A stretch of 64,000 bases of DNA from Mobula hypostoma (Eukaryota), in contig NC_086108.1 in assembly GCF_963921235.1 (NCBI RefSeq), positions 116,004,001 through 116,068,000 on the forward strand, given 5' to 3'. The notes beneath the pieces are model-generated. The model searched no databases, had not been told where the DNA came from, and saw only the letters and a program-made list of their open reading frames with translations. How positions within the stretch are numbered: the stretch's first letter is position 1; each line of letters starts with the position of its first letter. Shown here in pieces: positions 24,701 through 39,700 of the stretch. Made by a program: the position numbers and the translations under genes.

Positions 24701-27700
24701 CCCTGAGGGGGTGCTGGAGACAGACCCTCCCTGAGGGGGTGCTGGAGACAGACTCTCCCTGAGGGGGTGCTGGAGGCAGACCCTCGCTGAGGGGATGCTG
24801 GAGACAGACTCTCCCTGAGGGGGTGCTGGAGACAGACTCTCCCCGAGAGGGTGCTGGAGACAGACTCTCCCTGAGGGGATGCTGGAGACAGACTCTCCCT
24901 GAGGGGATGCTGGAGACAGACTCACCCTGAGAGGGTGCTGGAGGCAGACTCTCCCTGAGGGTGTGCTGGAGACAGCCTCTCCCTGAGAGGGTGCTGGAGG
25001 CAGACCCTCGCTGAGGGGATGCTGGAGACAGACTCTCCCTGAGAGGGTGCTGGAGGCGGACTCTCCCTGAGGGTGTGCTGCAGACAGCCTCTCCCTGAGA
25101 GGGTGCTGGAGGCAGCCTCTCCCTGAGGGGATGCTGGAGACAGACTCTCCCTGAGGGGATGCTGGAGACGGACTCTCCCTGAGGGGGTGCTGGAGGCGGA
25201 CTCTCCCTTATGGGATGGTGGAGACAGACCCTCCCTCAGGGGGTGCTGGAGACAGACTCTCCCTGAGGGGATGCTGGAGGCAGACTCTCCCTGAGGGTAT
25301 GGTGGAGGGTAACTCTCCCTGACGGGGTGCTGGAGGCAGACTGTCCCTGAGGGGATGGTGGACACAGACCGTCGCTGAGGGGGTGCTGGAGACAGACTCT
25401 CCCTGAGGGGGTGGTGGGGGCAGACTCTCACTTAGGGGATGCTGGACACAGACTCTCCCTGAGGGGGTGCTGGAGACAGACTCTCCGTGAGGGGGTGCTG
25501 GAGGCAGACTCTCCCTGAGGGGGTGCTGGAGACAGACTCTCCCTGAGGGGATGCTGGAGGCAGACTCTCCCTGAGGGGGTGCTGGAGACGGACTCTCCCT
25601 GAGGGGGTGCTGGAGGCGGACTCTCCCTGAGGGGGTGCTGGAGGCAGACCCTCGGTGAGGGGATGGTGGAGACAGACTCTCTCTGAGGGGATGGTGGAGA
25701 CAGACTCTCACTTAGGGGGTGCTGGAGACAGACTCTCCCTGAGGGGGTGCTGGAGACAGACTCTCCCTGAGCGGGTGCTGGAGGCAGACTCTCGCTGAGG
25801 GGATGCTGGAGACAGACTCTCCCTGAGGGGATGCTGGAGACAGACTCTCCCTGAGAGGGTGCTGGAGGCAGACCTTCCCTGAGGGTGTGCTGGAGACAGA
25901 CTCTCCCTGAGGGGGTGCTGGAGGCAGACCCTCGCTGAGGGGATGCTGGAGACAGACTCTCCCTGAGGGGGTGCAGGAGACAGACTCTCCCCGAGAGGGT
26001 GCTGGAGACAGACTCTCCCTGAGGGGATGCTGGAGACAGACTCTCCCTGAGAGGGTGCTGGAGGCAGACCCTCGCTGAGGGGGTGCTGGAGATGGACTCT
26101 CCCTTAGGGGGTGCTGGAGGCAGACCCTCGCTGAGGGGATGCTGGAGACAGACTCTCCCTGAGGGGATGCTGGAGACAGACTCTCCCTGAGAGGGTGCTG
26201 GAGGCAGACTCTCCCTGAGGGTGTGCTGGAGACAGCCTCTCCCTGAGGGTGTGCTGGAGACAGCCTCTCCCTGAGAGGGTGCTGGAGGCAGCCTCTCCCT
26301 GAGGGGATGCTGGAGACGGACTCTCCCTGAGGGGATGCTGGATACGGACTCTCCCTGAGGGGGTGCTGGAGGCAGACTCTCCCTGAGGGGATGGTGGAGA
26401 CAGACCCTCCCTGAGGGGGTGCTGGAGACAGACTCTCCCTGAGGGGATGCTGGAGGCAGACTCTCCCTGAGGGTATGGTGGAGGGTAACTCTCCCTGAGG
26501 GGGTGCTGGAGGCAGACTGTCCCTGAGGTGATGGTGGACACAGACCGTCGCTGAGGGGGTGCTGGAGACAGACTCTCCCTGAGGGGGTGGTGGAGGCAGA
26601 CTCTCACTTAGGGGATGCTGGACACAGACTCTCCCTGAGGGGGTGCTGGATACAGACTCTCCGTCAGGGGGTGCTGGAGGCAGACTCTCCGTGAGGGGGT
26701 GCTGGAGACAGACTCTCCGTGAGGGGGTGCTGGAGGCAGACTCTCCCTGAGGGGGTGCTGGAGACAGACTCTCCGTGAGGGGGTGCTGGAGGCAGACCCT
26801 CGCTGAGGGGATGCTGGAGTCAGACTCTCCCTGAGGGGATGCTGGAGACAGACTCTCCCTGAGAGGATGCTGGAGGCAGACTCTCCCTGAGGGTGTGCTG
26901 GAGACAGACTCTCCCTGAGGGGGTGCTGGAGGCAGACCCTCGCTGAAGGGATGCTGGAGACAGACTCTCCCTGAGGGGATGCTGGAGACAGCCTCTCCCT
27001 GAGAGGGTGCTGGAGGCAGACTCTCCCTGAGGGTGTGCTGGAGACGGACTCTCCCTGAGGGGGTGCTTGACGCGGAATCTCCCTGAGGGGAGCTGGAGGC
27101 AGACCCTCGCTGAGGGGATGCTGGAGACAGACTCTCCCTGAGGGGGTGCTGGAGGCAGACTCTCCCTGAGAGGGTGCTGGAGGCAGACTCTCCCTGAGGG
27201 TGTGCTGGAGACAGACTCTCCCTGAGAGGGTGCTGGAGGCAGACTTTCCCTGAGGGGGTGCTGGAGGCAGACCCTCTGTGAGGGGATGCTGGAGACAGAC
27301 TCTCTCTGAGGGGATGGTGGAGACAGACCCTCGCTGAGGGGGTGCTGGAGGCAGACTCTCCCTGAGGGGGTGCTGGAGGCAGACTCTCCCTGAGGGGATG
27401 TTGGAGACAGACCCTCCCTAAGTGGGTGCTGGAGGCAGACTCTCCCTGAAGGGGTGCTGGAGACAGATCCTCACTGAGGGGGTGCTGGAGGCAGACTCTC
27501 CCTGAGGGGGTTGTGGAGACAGACTCTCCCTGATGGGGTGCTGGAGGCAGACTCTCCCTGAGGGGGTTGTGGAGACAGACTCTCCCTGAGGGGGTGCTGG
27601 AGGCAGACCCTCGCTGAGGGGATGCTGGAGACAGACCCTCCCTGAGGGGCTGCTGGAGACAGACCCTCGCTGAGGGGGCGCTGGAGGCAGACCCTCGCTG

Positions 27701-30700
27701 AGGGGATGCTGGAGACAGACTCTCCCTGAGGGGATGCTGGAGACAGACCCTCCCTGAGGGGGTGCTGGAGGCAGACTCTCCCTGAGGGGATGCTGGAGGC
27801 AGACTCTCCCTGAGGGGATGGTGGAGGGTAACTCTCCCTGAGGGGGTGCTGGAGGCAGACTCTCCCTGAGGGGATGGTGGACACAGACCGTCGCTGAGGG
27901 GGTGCTGGAGACAGACTCTCCCTGAGGGGGTGGTGGGGCAGACTCTCACTTAGGGGATGCTGGACACAGACTCTCCCTGAGGGGGTGCTGGAGACAGACT
28001 CTCCCTGAGGGGATGCTGGAGACAGACTCTCCCTGAGGGTGTGCTGGAGAGCCTCTCCCTGGACAGACCTCCTGAGGGGTGCTGGAGACAGATCCCTCAG
28101 CTGAGGGGGTGCTGGAGGCAGACTCTCCCTGAGGGGGTGCTGTGGAGACAGACTCTCCCTGAGGGGTTGCTGGAGGCAGACTCTCCCTGAGGGGGTTGTG
28201 GAGACAGACTCTCCCTGAGGGGGTGCTGGAGGCAGACCCTCGCTGAGGGGATGCTGGAGACAGACCCTCCCTGAGGGGCTGCTGGAGACAGACCCTCCCT
28301 GAGGGGGTGCTGGAGGCAGACCCTCGCTGAGGGGATGCTGGAGACAGACTCTCCCTGAGGGGATGCTGGAGACAGACCCTCCCTGAGGGGGTGCTGGAGG
28401 CAGACTCTCCCTGAGGGGATGCTGGAGGCAGACTCTCCCTGAGGGTATGGTGGAGGGTAACTCTCCCTGAGGGGGTGCTGGAGGCAGACTGTCCCTGAGG
28501 GGATGGTGGACACAGACCGTCGCTGAGGGGGTGCTGGAGACAGACTCTCCCTGAGGGGGTGGTGGAGGCAGACTCTCACTTAGGGGATGCTGGAGACAGA
28601 CTCTCCCTGAGGGGGTGCTGGAGACAGACTCTCCGTGAGGGGGTGCTGGAGGCAGACTCTCCCTGAGGGGGTGCTGGAGACAGACTCTCCGTGAGGGGGT
28701 GCTGGAGGCAGACTCTCCCTGAGGGGGTGCTGGAGACAGACTCTCCGTGAGGGGGTGCTGGAGGCAGACCCTCGCTGAGGGGATGCTGGAGTCAGACTCT
28801 CCCTGAGGGGATGCTGGAGACAGACTCTCCCTGAGAGGATGCTGGAGGCAGACTCTCCCTGAGGGTGTGCTGGAGACAGACTCTCCCTGAGGGGGTGCTG
28901 GAGGCAGACCCTCGCTGAGGGGATGCTGGAGACAGACTCTCCCTGAGGGGATGCTGGAGACAGCCTCTCCCTGAGAGGGTGCTGGAGGCAGACTCTCCCT
29001 GAGGGTGTGCTGGAGACGGACTCTCCCTGAGGGGGTGCTGGAGGCGGAATCTCCCTGAGGGGAGCTGGAGGCAGACCCTCGCTGAGGGGATGCTGGAGAC
29101 AGACTCTCCCTGAGAGGGTGCTGGAAGCAGACTCTCCCTGAGGGTGTGCTGGAGACAGACTCTCCCTGAGAGGGTGCTGGAGGCAGACTTTCCCTGAGGG
29201 GGTGCTGGAGGCAGACCCTCTGTGAGGGGATGCTGGAGACAGACTCTCTCTGAGGGGATGGTGGAGACAGACCCTCGCTGAGGGGGTGCTGGAGGCAGAC
29301 TCTCCCTGAGGGGGTGCTGGAGGCAGACTCTCCCTGAGGGGATGGTGGAGACAGACCCTCCCTGAGTGGGTGCTGGAGGCAGACTCTCCCTGAAGGGGTG
29401 CTGGAGACAGATCCTCACTGAGGGGGTGCTGGAGGCAGACTCTCCCTGAGGGGGTTGTGGAGACAGACTCTCCCTGAGGGGTTGCTGGAGGCAGACTCTC
29501 CCTGAGGGGGTTGTGGAGACAGACCCTCGCTGAGGGGGTGCTGGAGGCAGACCCTCGCTGAGGGGATGCTGGAGACAGACCCTCCCTGAGGGGATGCTGG
29601 AGACAGACCCTCCCTGAGGGGGTGCTTGAGGCAGACTCTCCCTGAGGGGATGCTGGAGGCAGACTATCCCTGAGGGTATGGTGGAGGGGAACTCTCCCTG
29701 AGGGGGTGCTGGAGGCAGACTGTCCCTGAGGGGATGGTGGACACAGACCGTCGCTGAGGGGGTGCTGGAGACAGACTCTCCCTGAGGGGGTGGTGGAGGC
29801 AGACTCTCACTTAGGGGATGCTGGAGACAGACTCTCCCTGAGGGTGTGCTGGAGACAGACTCTCCGTGAGGGGGTGCTGGAGACAGACTCTCCCTGAGGG
29901 GGTTGTGGAGACAGACTCTCCCTGAGGGGGTGCTGGAGGCAGACCCTCGCTGAGGGGATGCTGGAGACAGACCCTCCCTGAGGGGGTGCTGGAGACAGAC
30001 TCTCCCTGAGGGGGTGCTGGAGGCAGACCCTCGCTGAGGGGATGCTGGAGACAGACTCTCCCTGAGGGGATGCTGGAGACAGACCCTCCCTGAGGGGGTG
30101 CTGGAGACAGACTCTCCCTGAGGGGGTGCTGGAGGCAGACCCTCGCTGAGGGGATGCTGGAGGCAGACTCTCCCTGAGGGGGTGCTGGAGACAGACTCTC
30201 GCTGAGGGGATGCTGGAGACAGACTCTCCCTGAGGGGATGCTGGAGACAGACTCTCCCTGAGAGGGTGCTGGAGGCAGACCTTCCCTGAGGGTGTGCTGG
30301 AGACAGACTCTCCCTGAGGGGGTGCTGGAGGCAGACCCTCGCTGAGGGGATGCTGGAGACAGACTCTCCCTGAGGGTGTGCTGGAGACAGCCTCTCCCCG
30401 AGAGGGTGCTGGAGACAGACTCTCCCTGAGGGGATGCTGGAGACAGACTCTCCCTGAGAGGGTGCTGGAGGCAGACTCTCCCTGAGGGTGTGCTGGAGAC
30501 AGACTCTCCCTGAGAGGGTGCTGGAGGCAGACCCTCGCTGAGGGGGTGCTGGAGATGGACTCTCCCTGAGGGGGTGCTGGAGACAGACTCTCCCCGAGAG
30601 GGTGCTGGAGACAGACTCTCCCTGAGGGGATGCTGGAGACAGACTCTCCCTGAGAGGGTGCTGGAGGCAGACCCTCGCTGAGGGGGTGCTGGAGATGGAC

Positions 30701-33700
30701 TCTCCCTGAGGGGGTGCTGGAGGCAGACCCTCGCTGAGGGGATGCTGGAGACAGACTCTCCCTGAGGGGATGCTGGAGACAGACTCTCCCTGAGAGGGTG
30801 CTGGAGGCAGACTCTCCCTGAGGGTGTGCTGGAGACAGCCTCTCCCTGAGAGGGTGCTGGAGGCAGCCTCTCCCTGAGGGGATGCTGGAGACGGACTCTC
30901 CCTGAGGGGATGCTGGAGACGGACTCTCCCTGAGGGGGTGCTGGAGGCAGACTCTCCCTGAGGGGATGGTGGAGACAGACCCTCCCTGAGGGGGTGCTGG
31001 AGACAGACTCTCCCTGAGGGGATGCTGGAGGCAGACTCTCCCTGAGGGTATGGTGGAGGGTAACTCTCCCTGAGGGGGTGCTGGAGGCAGACTGTCCCTG
31101 AGGGGATGGTGGACACAGACCGTCGCTGAGGGGGTGCTGGAGACAGACTCTCCCTGAGGGGGTGGTGGAGGCAGACTCTCACTTAGGGGATGCTGGACAC
31201 AGACTCTCCCTGAGGGGGTGCTGGAGACAGACTCTCCGTCAGGGGGTGCTGGAGGCAGACTCTCCCTGAGGGGGTGCTGGAGACAGACTCTCCGTGAGGG
31301 GGTGCTGGAGGCAGACTCTCCCTGAGGGGGTGCTGGAGACAGACTCTCCGTGAGGGGGTGCTGGAGGCAGACCCTCGCTGAGGGGATGCTGGAGACAGAC
31401 TCTCCCTGAGGGGATGCTGGAGACAGACTCTCCCTGAGAGGATGCTGGAGGCAGACTCTCCCTGAGGGTGTGCTGGAGACAGACTCTCCCTGAGGGGGTG
31501 CTGGAGGCAGACCCTCGCTGAGGGGATGCTGGAGACAGACTCTCCCTGAGGGGATGCTGGAGACAGCCTCTCCCTGAGAGGGTGCTGGAGGCAGACTCTC
31601 CCTGAGGGTGTGCTGGAGACGGACTCTCCCTGAGGGGGTGCTGGAGGCGGACTCTCCCTGAGGGGGTGCTGGAGGCAGACTCTCTCTGAGGGGATGCTGG
31701 AGACAGACTCTCCCTGAGGGGGTGCTGGAGGCAGACTCTCCCTGAGAGGGTGCTGGAGGCAGACTCTCCCTGAGGGTGTGCTGGAGACAGACTCTCCCTG
31801 AGGGGGTGCTGGAGGCAGACTCTCCCTGAGGGGGTGCTGGAGGCAGACCCTCGGTGAGGGGATGCTGGAGACAGACTCTCTCTGAGGGGATGGTGGAGAC
31901 AGACCCTCGCTGAGGGGGTGCTGGAGGCAGACTCTCCCTGAGGGGGTGCTGGAGGCAGACTCTCCCTGAGGGGGTGCTGGAGGCAGACTCTCCCTGAGGG
32001 GATGCTGGAGACAGACCCTCCCTGAGGGGGTGCTGGAGGCAGACTCTCCCTGAGGGGATGCTGGAGGCAGACTATCCCTGAGGGGCTGGTGGAGGCAGAC
32101 TCTCACTTAGGGGATGCTGGAGACAGACTCTCCCTGAGGGGGTGCTGGAGACAGACTCTCCCTGAGGGGGTGCTGGAGGCAGACTCTCCCTGAGGGGGTG
32201 CTGGAGACAGACTCTCCCTGAGGGGGTGCTGGAGGCAGACTCTCCCTGAGGGGGTGCTGGAGACAGACTCTCCCTGAGGGGGTGCTGGAGGCAGACTCTC
32301 CCTGAGGGGGTGCTGGAGGCAGACCCTCGCTGAGGGGATGCTGGAGACAGACTCTCCCTGAGGGGATGCTGGAGACAGACTCTCCCTGAGGGGGTGCTGG
32401 AGACAGACTCTCCCTGAGGGGGTGCTGGAGGCAGACCCTCGCTGAGGGGATGCTGGAGACAGACTCTCCCTGAGGGGGTGCTGGAGACAGACTCTCCCTG
32501 AGGGGGTGCTGGAGGCAGACTCTCCCTGAGGGGGTGCTGGAGACAGACTCTCCCTGAGGGGGTGGTGGAGGCAGACTCTCACTGAGGGGATGCTGGAGAC
32601 AGACTCTCCCTGAGGGGGTGCTGGAGACAGACTCTCCCTGAGGGGGTGCTGGAGGCAGACTCTCCCTGAGGGGGTGCTGGAGACAGACTCTCCCTGAGGG
32701 GGTGCTGGAGACAGACTCTCCCTGAGGGGGTGGTGGAGGCAGACTCTCACTTAGGGGATGCTGGAGACAGACTCTCCCTGAGGGGGTGCTGGAGACAGAC
32801 TCTCCCTGAGGGGGTGCTGGAGACAGACTCTCCCTGAGGGGGTGCTGGAGACAGACTCTCCCTGAGGGGGTGCTGGAGGCAGACCCTCGCTGAGGGGATG
32901 CTGGAGACAGACTCTCCCTGAGGGGGTGCTGGAGACAGACTCTCCCTGAGGGGGTGCTGGAGGCAGACCCTCGCTGAGGGGATGCTGGAGACAGACTCTC
33001 CCTGAGGGGATGCTGGAGACAGACTCTCCCTGAGGGGGTGCTGGAGGCAGACTCTCCCTGAGGGGGTGCTGGAGACAGACTCTCCCTGAGGGGGTGCTGG
33101 AGGCAGACCCTCGCTGAGGGGATGCTGGAGACAGACTCTCCCTGAGGGGGTGCTGGAGACAGACTCTCCCTGAGAGGGTGCTGGAGACAGACTCTCCCTG
33201 AGGGGATGCTGGAGACAGACTCTCCCTGAGTGGGTGCTGGAGGCAGACTCTCCCTGAGGGGGTGCTGGAGGCAGACTCTCCCTGAGGGGGTGCTGGAGAC
33301 AGACTCTCCCTGAGGGGGTGCTGGAGGCAGACTCTCCCTGAGGGGATGCTGGAGACAGACTCTCCCTGAGGGGGTGCTGGAGGCAGACTCTCCCTGAGGG
33401 GTGCTGAGACAGCCTCTCCCTGAGGGGTGCTGGAGGCAGCTCTCCCTGAGGGGATGCTGGAGAGGCAGACTCTCCCTGAGGGGATGCTGGAGACGGACTC
33501 TCCCTGAGGGGGTGCTGGAGGCAGACTCTCCCTGAGGGGATGCTGGAGACAGACCCTCCCTGAGGGGGTGCTGGAGACAGACTCTCCCTGAGGGGATGCT
33601 GGAGGCAGACTCTCCCTGAGGGTATGGTGGAGGGTAACTCTCCCTGAGGGGGTGCTGGAGGCAGACTGTCCCTGAGGGGATGGTGGACACAGACCGTCGC

Positions 33701-36700
33701 TGAGGGGGTGCTGGAGACAGACTCTCCTTGAGGGGGTGGTGGAGGCAGACTCTCACTTAGGGGATGCTGGAGACAGACTCTCCCTTAGGGGGTGCTGGAG
33801 ACAGACTCTCCGTGAGGGGGTGCTGGAGGCAGACTCTCCCTGAGGGGGTGCTGGAGACAGACTCTCCCTGAGGGGATGCTGGAGACAGACTCTCCCTGAG
33901 GGGATGCTGGAGGCAGACTCTCCCTGAGGGGGTGCTGGAGACAGACTCTCCCTGAGGGGGTGCTGGAGGCAGACTCTCCCTGAGGGGGTGCTGGAGGCAG
34001 ACCCTCCCTGAGGGGATGCTGGAGACAGACTCTCCCTGAGGGGATGGTGGAGACAGACTCTCACTAGGGGGTGCTGGAGACAGACTCTCCCTGAGGGGGT
34101 GCTGGAGACAGACTCTCCCTGAGGGGGTGCTGGAGGCAGACTCTCGCTGAGGGGATGCTGGAGACAGACTCTCCCTGAGGGGATGCTGGAGACAGACTCT
34201 CCCTGAGAGGGTGCTGGAGGCAGACCTTCCCTGAGGGTGTGCTGGAGACAGACTCTCCCTGAGGGGGTGCTGGAGGCAGACCCTCGCTGAGGGGATGCTG
34301 GAGACAGACTCTCCCTGAGGGGGTGCTGGAGACAGACTCTCCCTGAGGGGGTGCTGGAGACAGACTCTCCCTGAGGGGATGCTGGAGACAGACTCTCCCT
34401 GAGAGGGTGCTGGAGGCAGACTCTCCCTGAGGGGGTGCTGGAGACAGACTCTCCCTGAGGGGGTGCTGGAGGCAGACCCTCGCTGAGGGGATGCTGGAGA
34501 CAGACTCTCCCTGAGGGGATGCTGGAGACAGACTCTCCCTGAGGGGGTGCTGGAGGCAGACTCTCCCTGAGGGGGTGCTGGAGACAGACTCTCCCTGAGG
34601 GGGTGCTGGAGGCAGACTCTCCCTGAGGGGATGCTGGAGACAGACTCTCCCTGAGGGGATGCTGGAGACAGACTCTCCCTGAGGGGGTGCTGGAGGCAGA
34701 CTCTCCCTGAGGGGATGGTGGAGACAGACCCTCCCTGAGGGGGTGCTGGAGACAGACTCTCCCTGAGGGGATGCTGGAGGCAGACTCTCCCTGAGGGGTA
34801 TGGTGGAGGGTAACTCTCCCTGAGGGGGTGCTGGAGGCAGACTGTCCCTGAGGGGATGGTGGACACAGACCGTCGCTGAGGGGGTGCTGGAGACAGACTC
34901 TCCCTGAGGGGGTGGTGGAGGCAGACTCTCCCTGAGGGGGTGCTGGAGACAGACTCTCCCTGAGGGGGTGCTGGAGACAGACTCTCCCTGAGGGGGTGCT
35001 GGAGGCAGACTCTCCCTGAGGGGGTGCTGGAGACAGACTCTCCCTGAGGGGGTGCTGGAGGCAGACTCTCCCTGAGGGGGTGCTGGAGACAGACTCTCCC
35101 TGAGGGGGTGCTGGAGGCAGACCCTCGCTGAGGGGATGCTGGAGACAGACTCTCCCTGAGGGGATGCTGGAGACAGACTCTCCCTGAGAGGATGCTGGAG
35201 GCAGACTCTCCCTGAGGGTGTGCTGGAGACAGACTCTCCCTGAGGGGGTGCTGGAGGCAGACCCTCGCTGAGGGGATGCTGGAGACAGACTCTCCCTGAG
35301 GGGATGCTGGAGACAGACTCTCCCTGAGAGGGTGCTGGAGGCAGACTCTCCCTGAGGGGGTGCTGGAGACAGACTCTCCCTGAGGGGGTGCTGGAGGCAG
35401 ACTCTCCCTGAGGGGATGGTGGAGACAGACCCTCGCTGAGGGGATGCTGGAGACAGACTCTCCCTGAGGGGGTGCTGGAGGCAGACTCTCCCTGAGAGGG
35501 TGCTGGAGGCAGACTCTCCCTGAGGGGGTGCTGGAGACAGACTCTCCCTGAGGGGGTGCTGGAGGCAGACTCTCCCTGAGGGGGTGCTGGAGGCAGACTC
35601 TCGCTGAGGGGATGCTGGAGACAGACTCTCCCTGAGGGGATGGTGGAGACAGACCCTCGCTGAGGGGGTGCTGGAGGCAGACTCTCCCTGAGGGGGTGCT
35701 GGAGGCAGACTCTCCCTGAGGGGGTGCTGGAGGCAGACCCTCCCTGAGGGGGTGCTGGAGACAGACTCTCCCTGAGGGGGTGCTGGAGACAGACTCTCCC
35801 TGAGGGGGTGCTGGAGGCAGACCCTCGCTGAGGGGATGCTGGAGGCAGACTCTCCCTGAGGGGGTGCTGGAGACAGACTCTCGCTGAGGGGATGCTGGAG
35901 ACAGACTCTCCCTGAGGGGATGCTGGAGACAGACTCTCCCTGAGGGGGTGCTGGAGGCAGACTCTCCCTGAGGGTGTGCTGGAGACAGACTCTCCCTGAG
36001 GGGGTGCTGGAGGCAGACCCTCGCTGAGGGGATGCTGGAGACAGACTCTCCCTGAGGGGGTGCTGGAGACAGACTCTCCCTGAGGGGGTGCTGGAGACAG
36101 ACTCTCCCTGAGGGGATGCTGGAGACAGACTCTCCCTGAGGGGGTGCTGGAGGCAGACTCTCCCTGAGGGGGTGCTGGAGACAGACTCTCCCTGAGGGGG
36201 TGCTGGAGGCAGACCCTCCCTGAGGGGGTGCTGGAGACAGACTCTCCCTGAGGGGGTGCTGGAGACAGACTCTCCCTGAGGGGGTGCTGGAGGCAGACTC
36301 TCCCTGAGGGGATGCTGGAGACAGACTCTCCCTGAGGGGGTGCTGGAGGCAGACCCTCGCTGAGGGGGTGCTGGAGACAGACTCTCCCTGAGGGGGTGCT
36401 GGAGGCAGACCCTCGCTGAGGGGATGCTGGAGACAGACTCTCCCTGAGGGGATGCTGGAGACAGACTCTCCCTGAGAGGGTGCTGGAGGCAGACTCTCCC
36501 TGAGGGGGTGCTGGAGACAGACTCTCCCTGAGGGGGTGCTGGAGGCAGACTCTCCCTGAGGGGATGCTGGAGACAGACTCTCCCTGAGGGGATGCTGGAG
36601 ACAGACTCTCCCTGAGGGGGTGCTGGAGGCAGACTCTCCCTGAGGGGATGCTGGAGACAGACCCTCCCTGAGGGGGTGCTGGAGGCAGACTCTCCCTGAG

Positions 36701-39700
36701 GGGATGCTGGAGGCAGACTCTCCCTGAGGGTATGGTGGAGGGTAACTCTCCCTGAGGGGGTGCTGGAGGCAGACTGTCCCTGAGGGGATGGTGGACACAG
36801 ACCGTCGCTGAGGGGGTGCTGGAGACAGACTCTCCCTGAGGGGGTGGTGGAGGCAGACTCTCACTTAGGGGATGCTGGAGACAGACTCTCCCTGAGGGGG
36901 TGCTGGAGACAGACTCTCCGTGAGGGGGTGCTGGAGGCAGACTCTCCCTGAGGGGGTGCTGGAGACAGACTCTCCCTGAGGGGGTGCTGGAGGCAGACTC
37001 TCCCTGAGGGGGTGCTGGAGACAGACTCTCCCTGAGGGGGTGCTGGAGGCAGACCCTCGCTGAGGGGATGCTGGAGACAGACTCTCCCTGAGGGGATGCT
37101 GGAGACAGACTCTCCCTGAGGGGATGCTGGAGGCAGACTCTCCCTGAGGGGGTGCTGGAGACAGACTCTCCCTGAGGGGGTGCTGGAGGCAGACCCTCGC
37201 TGAGGGGATGCTGGAGACAGACTCTCCCTGAGGGGATGCTGGAGACAGACTCTCCCTGAGGGGGTGCTGGAGGCAGACTCTCCCTGAGGGTGTGCTGGAG
37301 ACAGACTCTCCCTGAGGGGGTGCTGGAGGCAGACTCTCCCTGAGGGGGTGCTGGAGGCAGACCCTCGCTGAGGGGATGCTGGAGACAGACTCTCCCTGAG
37401 GGGGTGCTGGAGACAGACTCTCCCTGAGGGGGTGCTGGAGGCAGACTCTCCCTGAGGGGGTGCTGGAGGCAGACTCTCCCTGAGGGTGTGCTGGAGACGG
37501 ACTCTCCCTGAGGGGGTGCTGGAGGCGGACTTTCCCTGAGGGGGTGCTGGAGGCAGACCCTCGCTGAGGGGATGCTGGAGACAGACTCTCCCTGAGGGGA
37601 TGGTGGAGACAGACCCTCCCTGAGGGGGTGCTGGAGGCAGACTCTCCCTGAGGGGGTGCTGGAGGCAGACTCTCCCTGAGGGGATGGTGGAGACAGACCC
37701 TCCCTGAGTGGGTGCTGGAGGCAGACTCTCCCTGAGGGGGTGCTGGAGACAGATCCTCACTGAGGGGGTGCTGGAGGCAGACTCTCCCTGAGGGGGTTGT
37801 GGAGACAGACTCTCCCTGAGGGGGTGCTGGAGGCAGACTCTCCCTGAGGGGGTTGTGGAGACAGACCCTCCCTGAGGGGGTGCTGGAGGCAGACCCTCGC
37901 TGAGGGGATGCTGGAGACAGACCCTCCCTGAGGGGCTGCTGGAGACAGACCCTCGCTGAGGGGGCGCTGGAGGCAGACCCTCGCTGAGGGGATGCTGGAG
38001 ACAGACTCTCCCTGAGGGGATGCTGGAGACAGACCCTCCCTGAGGGGGTGCTGGAGGCAGACTCTCCCTGAGGGGATGCTGGAGGCAGACTCTCCCTGAG
38101 GGGGTGCTGGAGGCAGACTCTCGCTGAGGGGATGCTGGAGACAGACTCTCCCTGAGGGGATGCTGGAGACAGACTCTCCCTGAGGGGGTGCTGGAGACAG
38201 ACTCTCCCTGAGGGGGTGCTGGAGACAGACCCTCCCTGAGGGGGTGCTGGAGACAGACTCTCCCTGAGGGGGTGCTGGAGGCAGACTCTCCCTGAGGGGA
38301 TGCTGGAGACAGACTCTCCCTGAGGGGGTGCTGGAGGCAGACTCTCCCTGAGGGGGTGCTGGAGACAGACTCTCCCTGAGGGGGTGGTGGAGACAGACTC
38401 TCCCTGAGGGGGTGCTGGAGGCAGACCCTCGCTGAGGGGATGCTGGAGACAGACCCTCCCTGAGGGGGTGCTGGAGACAGACTCTCCCTGAGGGGGTGCT
38501 GGAGGCAGACCCTCGCTGAGGGGATGCTGGAGACAGACTCTCCCTGAGGGGATGCTGGAGACAGACCCTCCCTGAGGGGGTGCTGGAGACAGACTCTCCC
38601 TGAGGGGGTGCTGGAGACAGACTCTCCCTGAGGGGGTGCTGGAGGCAGACTCTCCCTGAGGGGATGCTGGAGACAGACTCTCCCTGAGGGGGTGCTGGAG
38701 ACAGACTCTCCCTGAGGGGGTGCTGGAGGCAGACTCTCCCTGAGGGGATGCTGGAGACAGACTCTCCCTGAGGGGATGCTGGAGACAGACTCCCCTGAGG
38801 GGTGCTGGAGGCAGACTCTCCCTGAGGGGTGCTGGAGACAGCCTCTCCCTGAGGGGGTGCTGGAGGCAGACCCTCGCTGAGGGGATGCTGGAGACAGACT
38901 CTCCCTGAGGGGTGCTGGAGGCTGAGGGTGTGGACTCTCCCTGAGGGGTGCTGGAGACAGACTCTCCCTGAGGGGGTGCTGGAGGCAGACTCTCCCTGAG
39001 GGGATGCTGGAGACAGACTCTCCCTGAGGGGATGCTGGAGACAGACTCTCCCTGAGGGGGTGCTGGAGGCAGACTCTCCCTGAGGGGATGGTGGAGACAG
39101 ACCCTCCCTGAGGGGGTGCTGGAGGCAGACTCTCCCTGAGGGGATGCTGGAGGCAGACTCTCCCTGAGGGTATGGTGGAGGGTAACTCTCCCTGAGGGGG
39201 TGCTGGAGGCAGACTGTCCCTGAGGGGATGGTGGACACAGACCGTCGCTGAGGGGGTGCTGGAGACAGACTCTCCCTGAGGGGGTGGTGGAGGCAGACTC
39301 TCACTGAGGGGATGCTGGAGACAGACTCTCCCTGAGGGGGTGCTGGAGACAGACTCTCCCTGAGGGGGTGCTGGAGGCAGACTCTCCCTGAGGGGGTGCT
39401 GGAGACAGACTCTCCCTGAGGGGATGCTGGAGACAGACTCTCCCTGAGGGGGTGCTGGAGGCAGACTCTCCCTGAGGGGGTGCTGGAGACAGACTCTCCC
39501 TGAGGGGGTGCTGGAGGCAGACTCTCCCTGAGGGGGTGCTGGAGGCAGACTCTCCCTGAGGGGATGGTGGAGACAGACCCTCCCTGAGGGGATGGTGGAG
39601 ACAGACCCTCGCTGAGGGGGTGCTGGAGGCAGACTCTCCCTGAGGGGGTGGTGGAGACAGACTCTCCCTGAGGGGGTGCTGGAGGCAGACTCTCCCTGAG